Shown: one piece after another, positions 35,429 through 46,141 of the stretch
Numbering within the stretch: position 1 is the stretch's first letter
How the letters are laid out: every line of letters begins with the position of its first letter
NCBI GenBank assembly: GCA_000004985.1
Contig: GG738890.1
Strand: one strand, 5' to 3'
DNA: 64,000 nt
Source of the DNA: Naegleria gruberi
Taxonomy: Eukaryota
Notes under the pieces: model-generated
Seen by the model: only the letters and a program-made list of their open reading frames with translations
What the model was told of the DNA's origin: nothing
Databases searched by the model: none
Made by a program: the position numbers and the translations under genes

Positions 35429-36736
35429 ATGATCCGAAGCGGTTTTTTAATAATCATGATTGTTATCCTGATGATGATAATGATAAATAATCATTATTAT
35501 TGTGAGGCAAGCGGAGTGAAGTTAAGGGCTATGGGACCTGATTCTAAAACTCGAATGAGAGAACAAATTAACAAGATGGAGAATATTTGCTTATTGACTT
35601 TGAGTGGTTTGGATTGTCCTGGAAAGGGTCTCGATGTGAATTACAAGACTTCATTGATGAGAGGAGCTATGGAAGACATGCCAATCATTGCAGGAGTTGG
35701 TTACAATAGAGTAGATAAGAGTATTAATCCTCCAATTCTCAAATCTCCAAGGGCAACACCTGTGAATGAACAAAAGACACTCACTCGTACCATAAACGGA
35801 GCTACTGATTATTTCAATATGTTATATCCAAGTGATGGAAGTGAAATATTCAATGGTCTCTACAGTCATGGAACAACTGCTACCGACATGATTTTTAAAA
35901 AGTATTTTGAAGGAGATTTGAGAGGGTACAATATCCAGAAACAATACTATACTCACTCTGTTCAAATAACAAATATTGAAGTCACTGACGAATTTAAAAA
36001 GATTATTGACATTCTTCCAGATCAAATGGATGAAGATTTGTACAATATGGTCATTTCATCATTCGGTGATTCTATTGCTACTAAGGTAACCTATGGAGGA
36101 GTTGTTGATCTGACCACATCAGTTCGATCATGTTATAGTAGTCCAAGTATGGAACAATACTTGGACATTCAATTGCAAGTAACTATTGGTATTAACACTG
36201 ATACCAGTAAGTTACCAAATGGATACATGAGATATCAAAGAGTTGGTTCATTGGATATTATTGGTGGTAATCCACAAATTAGCTCCATCAGTCAAAGAGT
36301 TCAAACTTTTGCTAATAATCCAGTACCAGTGAAATTTGAAACCATTCCAATCTGGAGAGCTTTCCCTAATGGGCCAAAACAAGAAAATATGAAAAAGATT
36401 TACAACAAGTTTGTTTCCTCCAATTCCATGAGTGTCGCTCAAATGGTTGCACAAGTTGAGGCCAAGAGACAAGCTGATAAATTAGCTCCTCAACCATTCT
36501 ATGCTTTCAAAGTTAACAAGGTAAATCAAATGATTGAAAAGTTGGGAAGTGGTAATCCAGCCTTTGTTGCAGCTGGTGGTCGTGCAGAATTCACAGAAGA
36601 ATACCTTATTCTAACAAAGAAATTGACACATCGTGTCTTTAAAGCAACTGTTGAAAGAAATGCAGATGGATCTTTTTATATTCACTTTATTCGTGTCAAG
36701 TGTGATAGAGATAAGAATTGTGTTGAACATCTTTAA
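35429..36736 (+). CDS. secreted MACPF/perforin-like protein (signature motif degenerate)
   Basis: Signal peptide. The segment FKKIIDILPDQMDEDLYNMVISSFGDSIATKVTYGGVVDLTTSVRSCYS aligns with the perforin/C9 MACPF core F..AL..LP...Y..F...YGTHF...LGG.......L..C. The GG and the downstream Cys are conserved, but YGTHF is replaced by FGDSI. Confidence 0.4.
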   Translation: MIRSGFLIIMIVILMMIMINNHYYCEASGVKLRAMGPDSKTRMREQINKMENICLLTLSGLDCPGKGLDVNYKTSLMRGAMEDMPIIAGVGYNRVDKSINPPILKSPRATPVNEQKTLTRTINGATDYFNMLYPSDGSEIFNGLYSHGTTATDMIFKKYFEGDLRGYNIQKQYYTHSVQITNIEVTDEFKKIIDILPDQMDEDLYNMVISSFGDSIATKVTYGGVVDLTTSVRSCYSSPSMEQYLDIQLQVTIGINTDTSKLPNGYMRYQRVGSLDIIGGNPQISSISQRVQTFANNPVPVKFETIPIWRAFPNGPKQENMKKIYNKFVSSNSMSVAQMVAQVEAKRQADKLAPQPFYAFKVNKVNQMIEKLGSGNPAFVAAGGRAEFTEEYLILTKKLTHRVFKATVERNADGSFYIHFIRVKCDRDKNCVEHL

Positions 36737-37050
36737 AGATCCAGAAGATGAAGACGATTTCGTTTCAACCACCGGAAAGGACACTTGTATTTTCCATCGT
36801 TTGGCAGGTAATTATAATGTTGGAGGTGTTTATCTATGTGGTGGATGTATGCCTTCCTTCTCTTCTGATTTTAAGAGTTTGAGTTGCACTTGTCCATATC
36901 TTGTATAATCCAATTTAACAATTAAATAAATATTGTTAATAAGGATCAAATTGTTAAGTTTATTAAAAACTTGTAAGAACCAAGTATCTCAGTGACTTGA
37001 AAAATAACCATAATTAAGCAATAGAGTTATCAATAATTTATTTACAAAAT

Positions 37051-38364
37051 TTACTTTTGGTTTGGATTAAAGTGCTTTTGAATGTTAATCCAACACTTAT
37101 AATAATCCTTATCAATATTCATTTCATTCATGGCATATTCTGTTGGATTGATAATGTAGGTAGATTCGAACATGAAGGCCATACTTCCTTCAGAGACACG
37201 TTCTGGTTTCAATTCAGCATTGGATGCCTTTTCAAAGACCTTTTCTTCAGGGCCATGAGGAACCATACAATTGTGAAGAGAACCACCTCCCATAACGAAA
37301 CCTTCTTCTTTAGCTTCATAAACTCCTTCAATTAAACCCATATATTCATTCATGGTATTTCTGTGATAGTATGGTGGACGGAATGAGTGTTCTTGAACTG
37401 ACCATCTATCCTTAAAGATGACAAAGTCCAAAACAGCAACACCCTTCTCAGCTGATTGACAGGTCAAAACTGTGAAAATGGATGGATCCAAGTGGTCATA
37501 TGATACAGAGTTGACAACATTGAATAAATTCAAGTCATATTTGTATGGAGCATAATTTCCGTGCCAAGCAACAACATCAAATGGTGAATAGGTACATTTA
37601 GCAGAAAAGTATTGGTTTTGGAACTTTTGAATAATTTCATATTCAACACCTTGGTCACGATCTTCATAACAAGCAATTGGATAGAGGAAATCTCTTGGGT
37701 TGGCCAAACCATTAGCACCAATTGGTCCCAAATCTGGAATAACAAAGTGTCCAGCATAAACTTCAGACATGTAACCTCTGGCAAAAGTACATGAGCTATC
37801 AGCAAAGTCAACTGTGAATTTAATACCACGTGGAATGACACAAATTTCCTTTGGCTTAACTCTCAATTTACCACATTCAGTAGTAATTAACAATTCTCCC
37901 TTTTCTGGAACAAACAAAAAGTCACCATCTGAATTACACATACAACGATCACCCATTGACTTGGTGAATTGATATTGCAAAATTGAAAATCCAGTTTTCA
38001 ATTGTGGACTTCCCGAACCAGCAACAACTCTCAAACCATCAACAAAATCAATTCCTTCTTCAACTTTCTTTGGTGGCATCCAACGAATTTGTTGTGGTGT
38101 CACTAAACGTCCCAAATCAATCTTGACTGAATTGAGTGGTGAAAATTGTTCATTTCCTTCATAATTTGTAAATGGAAAATGTACAACAGAAGGTCTAATT
38201 CTATAAAACCAAACACGTTGATTACAACTACGTGGTGCAGTAAATGCTGTACCTTGTAATTGTTCAGCATAGAGTCCGTATGGACACTTTTGTGGAGTAT
38301 TCTGTCCTAATGGAAGAGCACCTTCTAATGCTTCGGTACTGAAGGTATTTCCCCAACCACACAT
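37051..38364 (-). CDS. HGD: homogentisate 1,2-dioxygenase
   Basis: GWGNTFSTEALEGALPLGQNTPQKCPYGLYAEQLQGTAFTAPR matches the HGD N-terminus almost residue for residue. 437 aa, the expected length. Conserved His/Glu iron ligands are present. Confidence 0.9.
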   Translation of the reverse strand: MCGWGNTFSTEALEGALPLGQNTPQKCPYGLYAEQLQGTAFTAPRSCNQRVWFYRIRPSVVHFPFTNYEGNEQFSPLNSVKIDLGRLVTPQQIRWMPPKKVEEGIDFVDGLRVVAGSGSPQLKTGFSILQYQFTKSMGDRCMCNSDGDFLFVPEKGELLITTECGKLRVKPKEICVIPRGIKFTVDFADSSCTFARGYMSEVYAGHFVIPDLGPIGANGLANPRDFLYPIACYEDRDQGVEYEIIQKFQNQYFSAKCTYSPFDVVAWHGNYAPYKYDLNLFNVVNSVSYDHLDPSIFTVLTCQSAEKGVAVLDFVIFKDRWSVQEHSFRPPYYHRNTMNEYMGLIEGVYEAKEEGFVMGGGSLHNCMVPHGPEEKVFEKASNAELKPERVSEGSMAFMFESTYIINPTEYAMNEMNIDKDYYKCWINIQKHFNPNQK

Positions 38365-38439
38365 GTATTCTAATCCATCTTGAATACAGGTTGTTTCCTT
38401 TTGATGAAAGGATGGAAATCTAAAGTGAGTCGATGATGA

Positions 38440-38560
38440 TGTTGTCCTATTATATTGTTGTTCAATAAATTTGAAGTAATGTTATTATTATTGTTGTTGT
38501 TGTTAATTTGAATATTATTATAATAATAATATGAATGATATTTTGATGTAATTTTAGAGA
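38440..38560. repeat. low-complexity (TTA/TTG/ATA)n microsatellite-like tract upstream of HGD
   Basis: Runs of ttattattattgttgttgttgtt and ataataataata. This tract is what produces the poly-N ORF 38370-38669, which is probably not a gene. Confidence 0.4.
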
Positions 38561-39268
38561 GGATAATAATATCAATATATTGTTGAATAGTAATAGCAAT
38601 ATCATGATGATGATGAAGAGTTTGATATGGACAAAATTTCATCATTATAAAAACAGTAAGATTTTTCATTCATCACACGGAGTAAATTTTGTTAATTATC
38701 ATCACACATTAATTATCATCTTCAACCTACATCTTTGGTGGTGGAGTGGGTATGTGGATTTTTTTTTGATTGTGGTTTTTTATTAGCCTTTGTACGGTTC
38801 CTAATTTGAACAATTTTTGGTGTACGATGAGGAATAGAGTTTACAAAACGATTGAACCTTCTTTCAATGCCACAACAAACAGCATTCAGTGTGGTCACTT
38901 TGGCAGTTGGTAAATACCCCAAGGAGGGTGTTTTTGATTATCGCCTTTATTGGATGGGTGGTAATCACTCAGTTGGCAAAATTCGCACTCAGACAAGAGA
39001 AATATTTCCAATCAATTGTAGTGTATAGATCGTTACACTGTTTGGCTATTGACTCCTTAATGATTGCATAACGATTTGAAAATCGAGTCGACACTCATTG
39101 ATTTCGCTCCCTCGTTCGTTGAATTGACTTTCAGAGAAAGATATGCTTGATGTCAATTCATTCAGGATGATTCTGCTTTCAAGCAATTGATCATTTTTTT
39201 TGTAATCTTTTAAATACTATATTTAATTATTTAAATAAAAACGGTTTTTATTAAAACTATAAAAAAAA

Positions 39269-40570
39269 ATGGAAAGAAATCTATTTAAGAGGAAGGTTAC
39301 TGAAAATCAATCATCATCATCATCTCCTTCATCACCACCAACAATGTCTCCACCTTCCCGCCCAACTTCCTTCATCCCAAAACATACATCATCATCATTC
39401 TCCGATAATAGAATTTCATCTTCAATACAACAACAAAATGATGAGGCTTTTAAACCAGAAGTTGACTATGCTAGTCATGGTTTAGAGCAACATGATGTAG
39501 CAGTGGAGGGAAGAGGAGTTTTCCGAATGTATACAATGAATCATTTGCATCATCAAAATACTAATAACGAACAATCAAACACTAATACAACAACAACAAC
39601 ATCACTTCCTGCTCACTTGATAAAAACAAGAAAATGTGAGAGTGTTTTGGTATTTATTCATGGAGCTGGGTTATCTTCCTTGTCTTGGACTTTGTGTATG
39701 CAAAATTTAAGACAATTAGTGATTAGAAGTGGAAATACTAATAATGTAAATATTAATTTTATGAGATCACCTCCTACTCCAATAGAGATGGGAATGGGAC
39801 AACCTAAATCCGCATCAGAAGCCTTTAATGTTGATGATTATGAATATTGTGCAATGGATTTGAGAGGACATGGAGCTAGTCATACGGAAAAGGATTCTGA
39901 ACTCAGTATTGATACATTGGTGGATGATATTATTGCTCTTTTACAACAAGTATATAGAGGAAAGAAGAGAAATTTCATATTGATTGGCCATTCACTTGGA
40001 GGATCAATAGCTGTACGATGTGCTCACAAAATGGACATCATAGAGGAACAGGAGACCAAGTCTGGCACTGTACAATCACACGAATTAATGACAGTGAAAG
40101 GAGTGGTTGTTATTGATATGGTTGAAGGAAGTGCACTGACAAGTCTGCCAAACACTAAGAAATTCATCGAATCTAGACCAAACAAATTCAAAAACATGGA
40201 AAGTGCCATCAAATGGTCCATTCAACATGGTGTTGTCAATAATATTTCGAGTGCTGTTATTAGTATACCTTCACAATTGATGCATGTTGAGGAGGGAAAT
40301 TATTATACTTGGAGAACTAATCTGACAGATTCGGAAGAATATTGGACAGCATGGTTTACAGACATGTCACAGATTTTCCTGGAAGTCAAAGGATTGAAAT
40401 TGCTCATGATTACATCGACTGATATTCTGGATAAAGAATTAACAATTGCCCAAATGCAAGGTAAATTCCAAATGAAAGTTCTCAACAGGTCAGGCCATTG
40501 CATTCAAGAAGATGATCCAGCCCATTGCAGTGAAGTTATCTTTTCCTTTTTGCATCGATTTAGATTGTAA
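39269..40570 (+). CDS. PPME1: protein phosphatase methylesterase 1 (PP2A methylesterase)
   Basis: Alpha/beta hydrolase with VLVFIHGAGLSSLSW (compare PME-1 LLLLHGGGHSALSW), nucleophile elbow LIGHSLGGSIAVRCA, and C-terminal His (GHCIQED). Confidence 0.75.
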   Translation: MERNLFKRKVTENQSSSSSPSSPPTMSPPSRPTSFIPKHTSSSFSDNRISSSIQQQNDEAFKPEVDYASHGLEQHDVAVEGRGVFRMYTMNHLHHQNTNNEQSNTNTTTTTSLPAHLIKTRKCESVLVFIHGAGLSSLSWTLCMQNLRQLVIRSGNTNNVNINFMRSPPTPIEMGMGQPKSASEAFNVDDYEYCAMDLRGHGASHTEKDSELSIDTLVDDIIALLQQVYRGKKRNFILIGHSLGGSIAVRCAHKMDIIEEQETKSGTVQSHELMTVKGVVVIDMVEGSALTSLPNTKKFIESRPNKFKNMESAIKWSIQHGVVNNISSAVISIPSQLMHVEEGNYYTWRTNLTDSEEYWTAWFTDMSQIFLEVKGLKLLMITSTDILDKELTIAQMQGKFQMKVLNRSGHCIQEDDPAHCSEVIFSFLHRFRL

Positions 40571-40756
40571 TTTTTAATCATCTTATTTTGATAAGTTTTA
40601 AAAAGTGAGTAAATATTATTTATTAAGATATTTGAATTGACAGAATTTGTAATTCATCATAGAATGTTTGAATTCTTGACAAAATTCGATAAGAGATTGT
40701 AGCACGTTTAAATGTGTGGGTTCTCACTAACATGTTGGCTCACGTTTTAAAAAAAA

Positions 40757-42415
40757 ATGTCTCAAGATCTATTACTGCCAGAGATTGTCTTTCAGTGTCT
40801 TACCTATATTGATCTTGCAACTCTTCCTACTTGTATGGTAGTATGTCGGGAATGGCATGATATGATCAATCATTCACCCATGTTGTGGCGTTTATTGTTT
40901 GATCAATATTCGGAACAATTATCAACAAATCCTCGACAAGTATTTGCTACTTTTATGAATCTGCCAACAACGAGTGAAGAGGAAAATTCACTACAGGTTA
41001 AATTTGAAGAAACTTTTAGAAAGAAGGGATTATTGAATGATGAAAAATTGTTGAGATCCTTGAAGTTAGATGATAATCAGGCCAAGCATGAATTAGGAAT
41101 GCTCATTGGAAGAATTTATGCTCACTGTTGGCATGTGCATTTGTTGGAAGAGCATCCACCAACCAAATACTTGGATACCTTACTATTTTGTGCTGGTAGA
41201 ATTGGAAATTTCCAATTATATGAGATTGTAAGATTGTTAGGTCTTACTCAAAAGTGTTATCAACTCTTTAATATTAGTTATAATTATGAAAAGATAGAAA
41301 CATTGAGGCCTTTGTTTAGTTTGTCTTATTTTTGTAACATTGCTACAATGTTAGTTAGAGAAGTTGAAGCAAAGAAAGACAATTATACCCAGACATTACA
41401 GACAATTGTTGGATGGGAAAATTTCATGGTTAAATATTTTGAAGAAGGAAATAATATCATTCTGCCTGAAAATTTATTTGAGAGCGATTCGTTTCAACGT
41501 ATGGTTTTCGATTCCTTTGATGACATGATTAGATTTAAAGTTATTAGAAAGGTATTTGGTAGCAAATGGCCTAGTGGAGAGGAGGTCAATAACATATTGT
41601 TTTCTGTTTTTTTGAACAAGCTGAATCAAAGATTTATGGAGAATAAGGTGAAACCAAATGATTTAGTATCCAATATTGACCAATGCATTGAAATATTCAA
41701 TATTGAGAAATGTAGTCATGAACCATTTATTCAATTAATTGAAGGACGATGGTATGGACAGATTGTAAACTTATTTAACTCGTACAAACACTTACTTGAT
41801 GTCAAACATGTAAAGAGACTATTCCAAAGTGCATTTGTTGCCACAGATTATCCAGACTTGATCAAGTATCTCGTTACTGAATATGATATTGACCCATTGG
41901 AATTTTTTGATGAGAGAAATATCATTGCTCAATATTTTGAACGATTGCTTGAAAATAATGATTACTCTCTCAGATACATAATGGATCCACTATTATGTGG
42001 CAGAAAAATGAACCTTGCAGAGTTTTGTACCAAATGCCAAGAAAATAATTATCCAAATTTGTCAAGTGTGGAGAAAGTTTTCAATATTATGGAATTATTG
42101 GCTAAAAGTTGTCCTTCCTATGCATTTGTAGCTCTTATGTCAACTTTGAATAATTTATTTGAACCTCAAATCATAGTTAACCATTCAATCATTTTTGAAA
42201 GATTATTAGAATTTTATAATGAAGGAAAAGCTCAATTGAGTGCCTACGAAGAGCTATTGTACAATACACAAATAGTCAGTAATTATTCAGGTATTAAATA
42301 TCAGTCACTGAAAGAAATGATGATTCAAGAGAGAGAATACAATCCATTGTTTAGTGAAGTTCTAGAGCTTTGTGAAAAATATATTAATGAAAAGAAACAG
42401 ACAGAACAGAACTAA
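40757..42415 (+). CDS. F-box domain protein
   Basis: LPEIVFQCLTYIDLATLPTCMVVCREWHDMINHSPMLWRLLF at the N-terminus. Confidence 0.5.
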   Translation: MSQDLLLPEIVFQCLTYIDLATLPTCMVVCREWHDMINHSPMLWRLLFDQYSEQLSTNPRQVFATFMNLPTTSEEENSLQVKFEETFRKKGLLNDEKLLRSLKLDDNQAKHELGMLIGRIYAHCWHVHLLEEHPPTKYLDTLLFCAGRIGNFQLYEIVRLLGLTQKCYQLFNISYNYEKIETLRPLFSLSYFCNIATMLVREVEAKKDNYTQTLQTIVGWENFMVKYFEEGNNIILPENLFESDSFQRMVFDSFDDMIRFKVIRKVFGSKWPSGEEVNNILFSVFLNKLNQRFMENKVKPNDLVSNIDQCIEIFNIEKCSHEPFIQLIEGRWYGQIVNLFNSYKHLLDVKHVKRLFQSAFVATDYPDLIKYLVTEYDIDPLEFFDERNIIAQYFERLLENNDYSLRYIMDPLLCGRKMNLAEFCTKCQENNYPNLSSVEKVFNIMELLAKSCPSYAFVALMSTLNNLFEPQIIVNHSIIFERLLEFYNEGKAQLSAYEELLYNTQIVSNYSGIKYQSLKEMMIQEREYNPLFSEVLELCEKYINEKKQTEQN

Positions 42416-42490
42416 AATCCCAATTCTTGTTTTTGATACCAAATATTTTTCAATTGTAAAAATTTCTTGGATGTTAATGAATCGGCAGCA

Positions 42491-44137
42491 TCATTCAAGC
42501 CCTTTAGGAAACAATAACTGTTCTAGTGTAATTTTTACGGGAAGATTATCAAGCATGCTTCGATACTTGGATATAAGGGTAGATCTTTTTTCAGGACTAG
42601 TATTGCTTCTAGTTGCCCTAATCATTACATTCTTTGGTGTATGTTCTGTATCAATAAATTCAATAACGTTTGTCTTGTAGCCCATAATTTCCAAAAGTTG
42701 ACATCTCAATGCATCTGTGTAAATGGAACAAAATTTTTCATTGAAAATGTTGTGTTGTAATAGTGGTTCCATAAAGTGATTCTCTGGGAGGGATTTCATA
42801 TGTTTCATTTGTTGGTAGACCTCGTGTTGGCAACATGGAACGGCTAGAATAATTTGACTCTTCCATCTTGTGGCTTGTTCGAGGGCCTTATCTGTTGCTG
42901 TATTGCAGGCATGCAAGGAAACAACAATGTCTACTTGGGAATCATCTTTGTATTCACCAGCAGTGAAATGTGAAGAAGCATCAAATGAATGAATGTCTCC
43001 TACCATAAATTTCAACTCCTTTTCATAGGAATACTTTTTTGAAATGTTATTGCAATGTTGAATGACATCCTTCTTCAAATCCAAACCAATAATTTGTACA
43101 TTTCCAATTTTCAGCACTTCTTTCAAATAGTAGTGAATAGCAAAAGTGAGATATGACTTTCCACATCCAAAATCAACAATTCTCAATGTCATATTTTCTA
43201 CATTTCCCTTCTGGTGTAATAGAGATGATATACTCTCCTTGAAAATCTCCAAAAAGTGATTCATTTGCTTGAACTTGTTATATTTCTGAGCGAGGATCTT
43301 ACCAGAAGTTTCATGTTGTATCCCCAATTCAACAAGGAAATTAATCAACTTGCCCTCTTCCAAAATGTAATCCTTCTTTCTGTTGTGTGAAAACTCATTC
43401 TCCACTGTCGATGATTCTCTAGTGCTTGTTGTTGCCTTAGCCAAATTTGCAATCTTGCTTACTTTCACTTGTTTCATCTTAGTTGTTTCCTTATCATACT
43501 TCACAAGCATGTGAATGTCCTCTGCTGAACCTCTTCTCTGAATCAAAACTTGCTGATAACTTGCATTGTCCATTAATTCTTGAATAATTCGCAATACTTG
43601 TGATAAATCCTCGAAATTTCTATGAATTGCCTTTCCATCCTTCAAAAACAAACTAAATTGAAAACAAGCCTTTGAATCCATCATCATAATCGGCCTCACT
43701 GAAAACTTGAATATTTCAACCTCTCCCAAATTTAATTCCTCTCTAATAGTGGTACCATTATTAATTGATGTTGTCTGTCTTGGTTCACTGAAAGTAGCCT
43801 TGATGAATTCCTTTCTAGAATTAACTTGTTCCGAAATTAAATTAATAAATTCTATTGTACTCGTGCTGATTTGTAATTTTGTATTTTCCATTAATGATGA
43901 TGGTGATGAGGAAGCATTGTGTTGTTGTTGTTGTTTTACATTCTTATCATGATTCGGAGCAAGACCTCGATTAAAATTTAATATGTTCGAAGAATGAAAA
44001 TTCCTTCGTGATTTACATAAAGATGATGAATTCCAAGCCACTTTTCCCATACCCGCCGAGAATGCTGATGATTTTGCCATCTGCTTCGTGTTGGCACCAA
44101 CAACAAACTTTGACTTTAATTTCGAAATCTTTTTCAT
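42491..44137 (-). CDS. class-I SAM-dependent methyltransferase (METTL25/RRNAD1-like)
   Basis: Motif I IVDFGCGKSYLT, and motif post-I/II region VSLHACNTATD..AVPCC typical of the methyltransf_32 family. Confidence 0.5.
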   Translation of the reverse strand: MKKISKLKSKFVVGANTKQMAKSSAFSAGMGKVAWNSSSLCKSRRNFHSSNILNFNRGLAPNHDKNVKQQQQHNASSSPSSLMENTKLQISTSTIEFINLISEQVNSRKEFIKATFSEPRQTTSINNGTTIREELNLGEVEIFKFSVRPIMMMDSKACFQFSLFLKDGKAIHRNFEDLSQVLRIIQELMDNASYQQVLIQRRGSAEDIHMLVKYDKETTKMKQVKVSKIANLAKATTSTRESSTVENEFSHNRKKDYILEEGKLINFLVELGIQHETSGKILAQKYNKFKQMNHFLEIFKESISSLLHQKGNVENMTLRIVDFGCGKSYLTFAIHYYLKEVLKIGNVQIIGLDLKKDVIQHCNNISKKYSYEKELKFMVGDIHSFDASSHFTAGEYKDDSQVDIVVSLHACNTATDKALEQATRWKSQIILAVPCCQHEVYQQMKHMKSLPENHFMEPLLQHNIFNEKFCSIYTDALRCQLLEIMGYKTNVIEFIDTEHTPKNVMIRATRSNTSPEKRSTLISKYRSMLDNLPVKITLEQLLFPKGLE

Positions 44138-44287
44138 TCCGGACTTTTTTTTTTGTAATAAATCTGAAAAAATTTAAAAATTAAAAAAAGTGAAAAGGAA
44201 AATGAATGAGAGATTGCCTAGTCCAGCAGTATTGTAGGAATAATTCAAGGGAAGTGAAAATGAGTTTATTAATCCTGGTTTCAATTA

Positions 44288-45932
44288 TTACTTCAAAATA
44301 GGAATTGCCTTCAAAATTCCAAGTGGACTTGTGTATTGTCTCAACTTGTTACTGTCCTTAATATGTTTCACACCATTCACGACACACTCATTGGCATGAG
44401 CAATGTTATATTCAATGCAGTCCAATAATTCATCTTGGTGTTCAACGAGATTGGCAAAATCTTGGAATAATTGATTGAGTTGAACCATGGAAAAGTATAA
44501 TTGTTTGATATCTTCATTACTTTCCTTTGCAAGTTGATATTCCACATCCAAAGTTGCTTCCTGAGATTGAGTCAAGGCATATTTAGTGTCACCCTTCAAT
44601 AATTCTTGGAATTGCAATTTATCTTCCACAATCATGGTCTCAATCTCTTGAGGAGTTAGGTCAGCATATGGTGATGCTGCATTTTTACCATTTCCTTTAG
44701 CATAAATGTCAAAGAGACGTTTCACACGACCAATCTTGCTTTGTTTGCATTCTTGTTGTACAGATTGGAATTTATCCATTTCTTGCATGAAGAGTTGAAT
44801 GAGTTTTTGCTGTTGTTGAGATCTGAGACGAGTGATGGCATTCTCTTCTTTCATGGCTTCTTTAATTGAGGAAGTTTCGATGGAAATTTCCTTAATGGCC
44901 TCTTGAATTGTAGATGAAAGTTTAGAAGTAACATCAACTTGTTCTCTCATTTTACTGAATTTCCATTTTAAAAATTATTCGAAATTATTTGAAACCTACC
45001 CTGAAAGTTCATCCAAAACTTTAGAATTTGATTCAGTTTGTACCTTATTAGAAAGACTTTCCAATTTGTTAATTTCATTCACCAGATCCACAGTAATCTT
45101 TCTTTCAATTTCATCCTAAATTTCAGATATTTCATTAATTTTCAAATAGTTCCATTTGTTTCATTTAATTTTTCAAAATTCTCAACTAGTACTTACTGCT
45201 TGTTTTTTAAATCTATTCAAATGTTCTTCAATAGTTTCTTCCGTTGGACCACTATTACTATTTGAAGATGCACTTTTAGATTTTTCAGAACTTGAGCTAG
45301 TGGATGACAAACTTCCAGAACTTGACGAAGATTTCATATCAGAAGCACCAAGAGAAACATTCACAAGTATTTTACCATTTCTAACTTGTTCCAAATCCAA
45401 CCAGAATGGTCCCTTTTCGGCAAGTTTCGTAAAATCTGCAATGGTTTTCTCGACCTTTCCCATTGCAACATTCATTAACAGTTTATTCTTGTCAAAAACT
45501 GCAAATTTCAAAGTATCACTTGGTTTGACTCTGTAATAATATTAAATTAATTGCATTATTATTTTATGGATTCGAATAATGATGAAATTATAAACTTACT
45601 GATCGAAAGTAAATTCTTCATTCCATTCCGGATCCAAAGTTTTGTATTGTACTTTAGTCTTTTGTTCATTAGATTTGGAAAATGGCAACTTGATGAGAGA
45701 ATCATTCGGATTGATGGTTCTTTTTAAAAATTATTATTATTCGAAACTTGATGATATTCGAAACTCACATTACTACAAACTAATAGATCATCACAAATTG
45801 TTAAAAATTATAATAATAATTATTTAATATAATTCACATCACACATAAAATACCTACTGGATCACTAGAACCATTCAAATCTTTGCACTGAAGTTGTGAT
45901 CCTTTCACAACCGAAACTTGAAGTTTTGACAT
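44288..45932 (-). CDS. C2 domain - syntaxin (Habc + SNARE) fusion gene, at least 5 exons (approx. 45858-45932, ~45600-45688, ~45196-45530, ~45002-45117, 44288-~44955)
   Basis: Exon 1 MSKLQVSVVKGSQLQCKDLNGSSDP and the downstream ...KTKVQYKTLDPEWNEEFTF, FAVFDKNKLLMNVAMGKVE form a C2 beta-sandwich. The last exon carries a Qa-SNARE motif (QLNQLFQDFANLVEHQDELLDCIEYNIAHANECVVNGVKHIKDS). All junctions use GTAAGT/GTAGGT...YAG signals, and I find the frames continuous across them. Confidence 0.5.
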
Positions 45933-46141
45933 TTTTTTTAATCTATTTTTGATATGAAATCACTGTTTCCAATCACGTTTCAGAGTTTATTTACAACAAT
46001 ACAAATGAAAAACATAAATTAGCAATTCACGTGAATTAAATGTCTCAATTGACTAAAAAATCCAATCAATTTCATCCCATCAGGTATTTACCAGGATACC
46101 CAACAACAAATTGGCATGGTTAATATTATGTTTGATATAAG

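Noticed and set aside
38370-38669. 99-aa poly-Asn ORF immediately upstream of HGD
   Set aside because: It is made almost entirely of (AAT/ATT/TTA)n microsatellite translation. It more likely lies in the HGD 5' UTR or promoter than in a gene.
45038-45536. Plus-strand ORFs 45038-45265 and 45156-45536
   Set aside because: They are antisense to well-supported C2 domain and syntaxin exons, and are low-complexity Phe/Leu/Ser translations.
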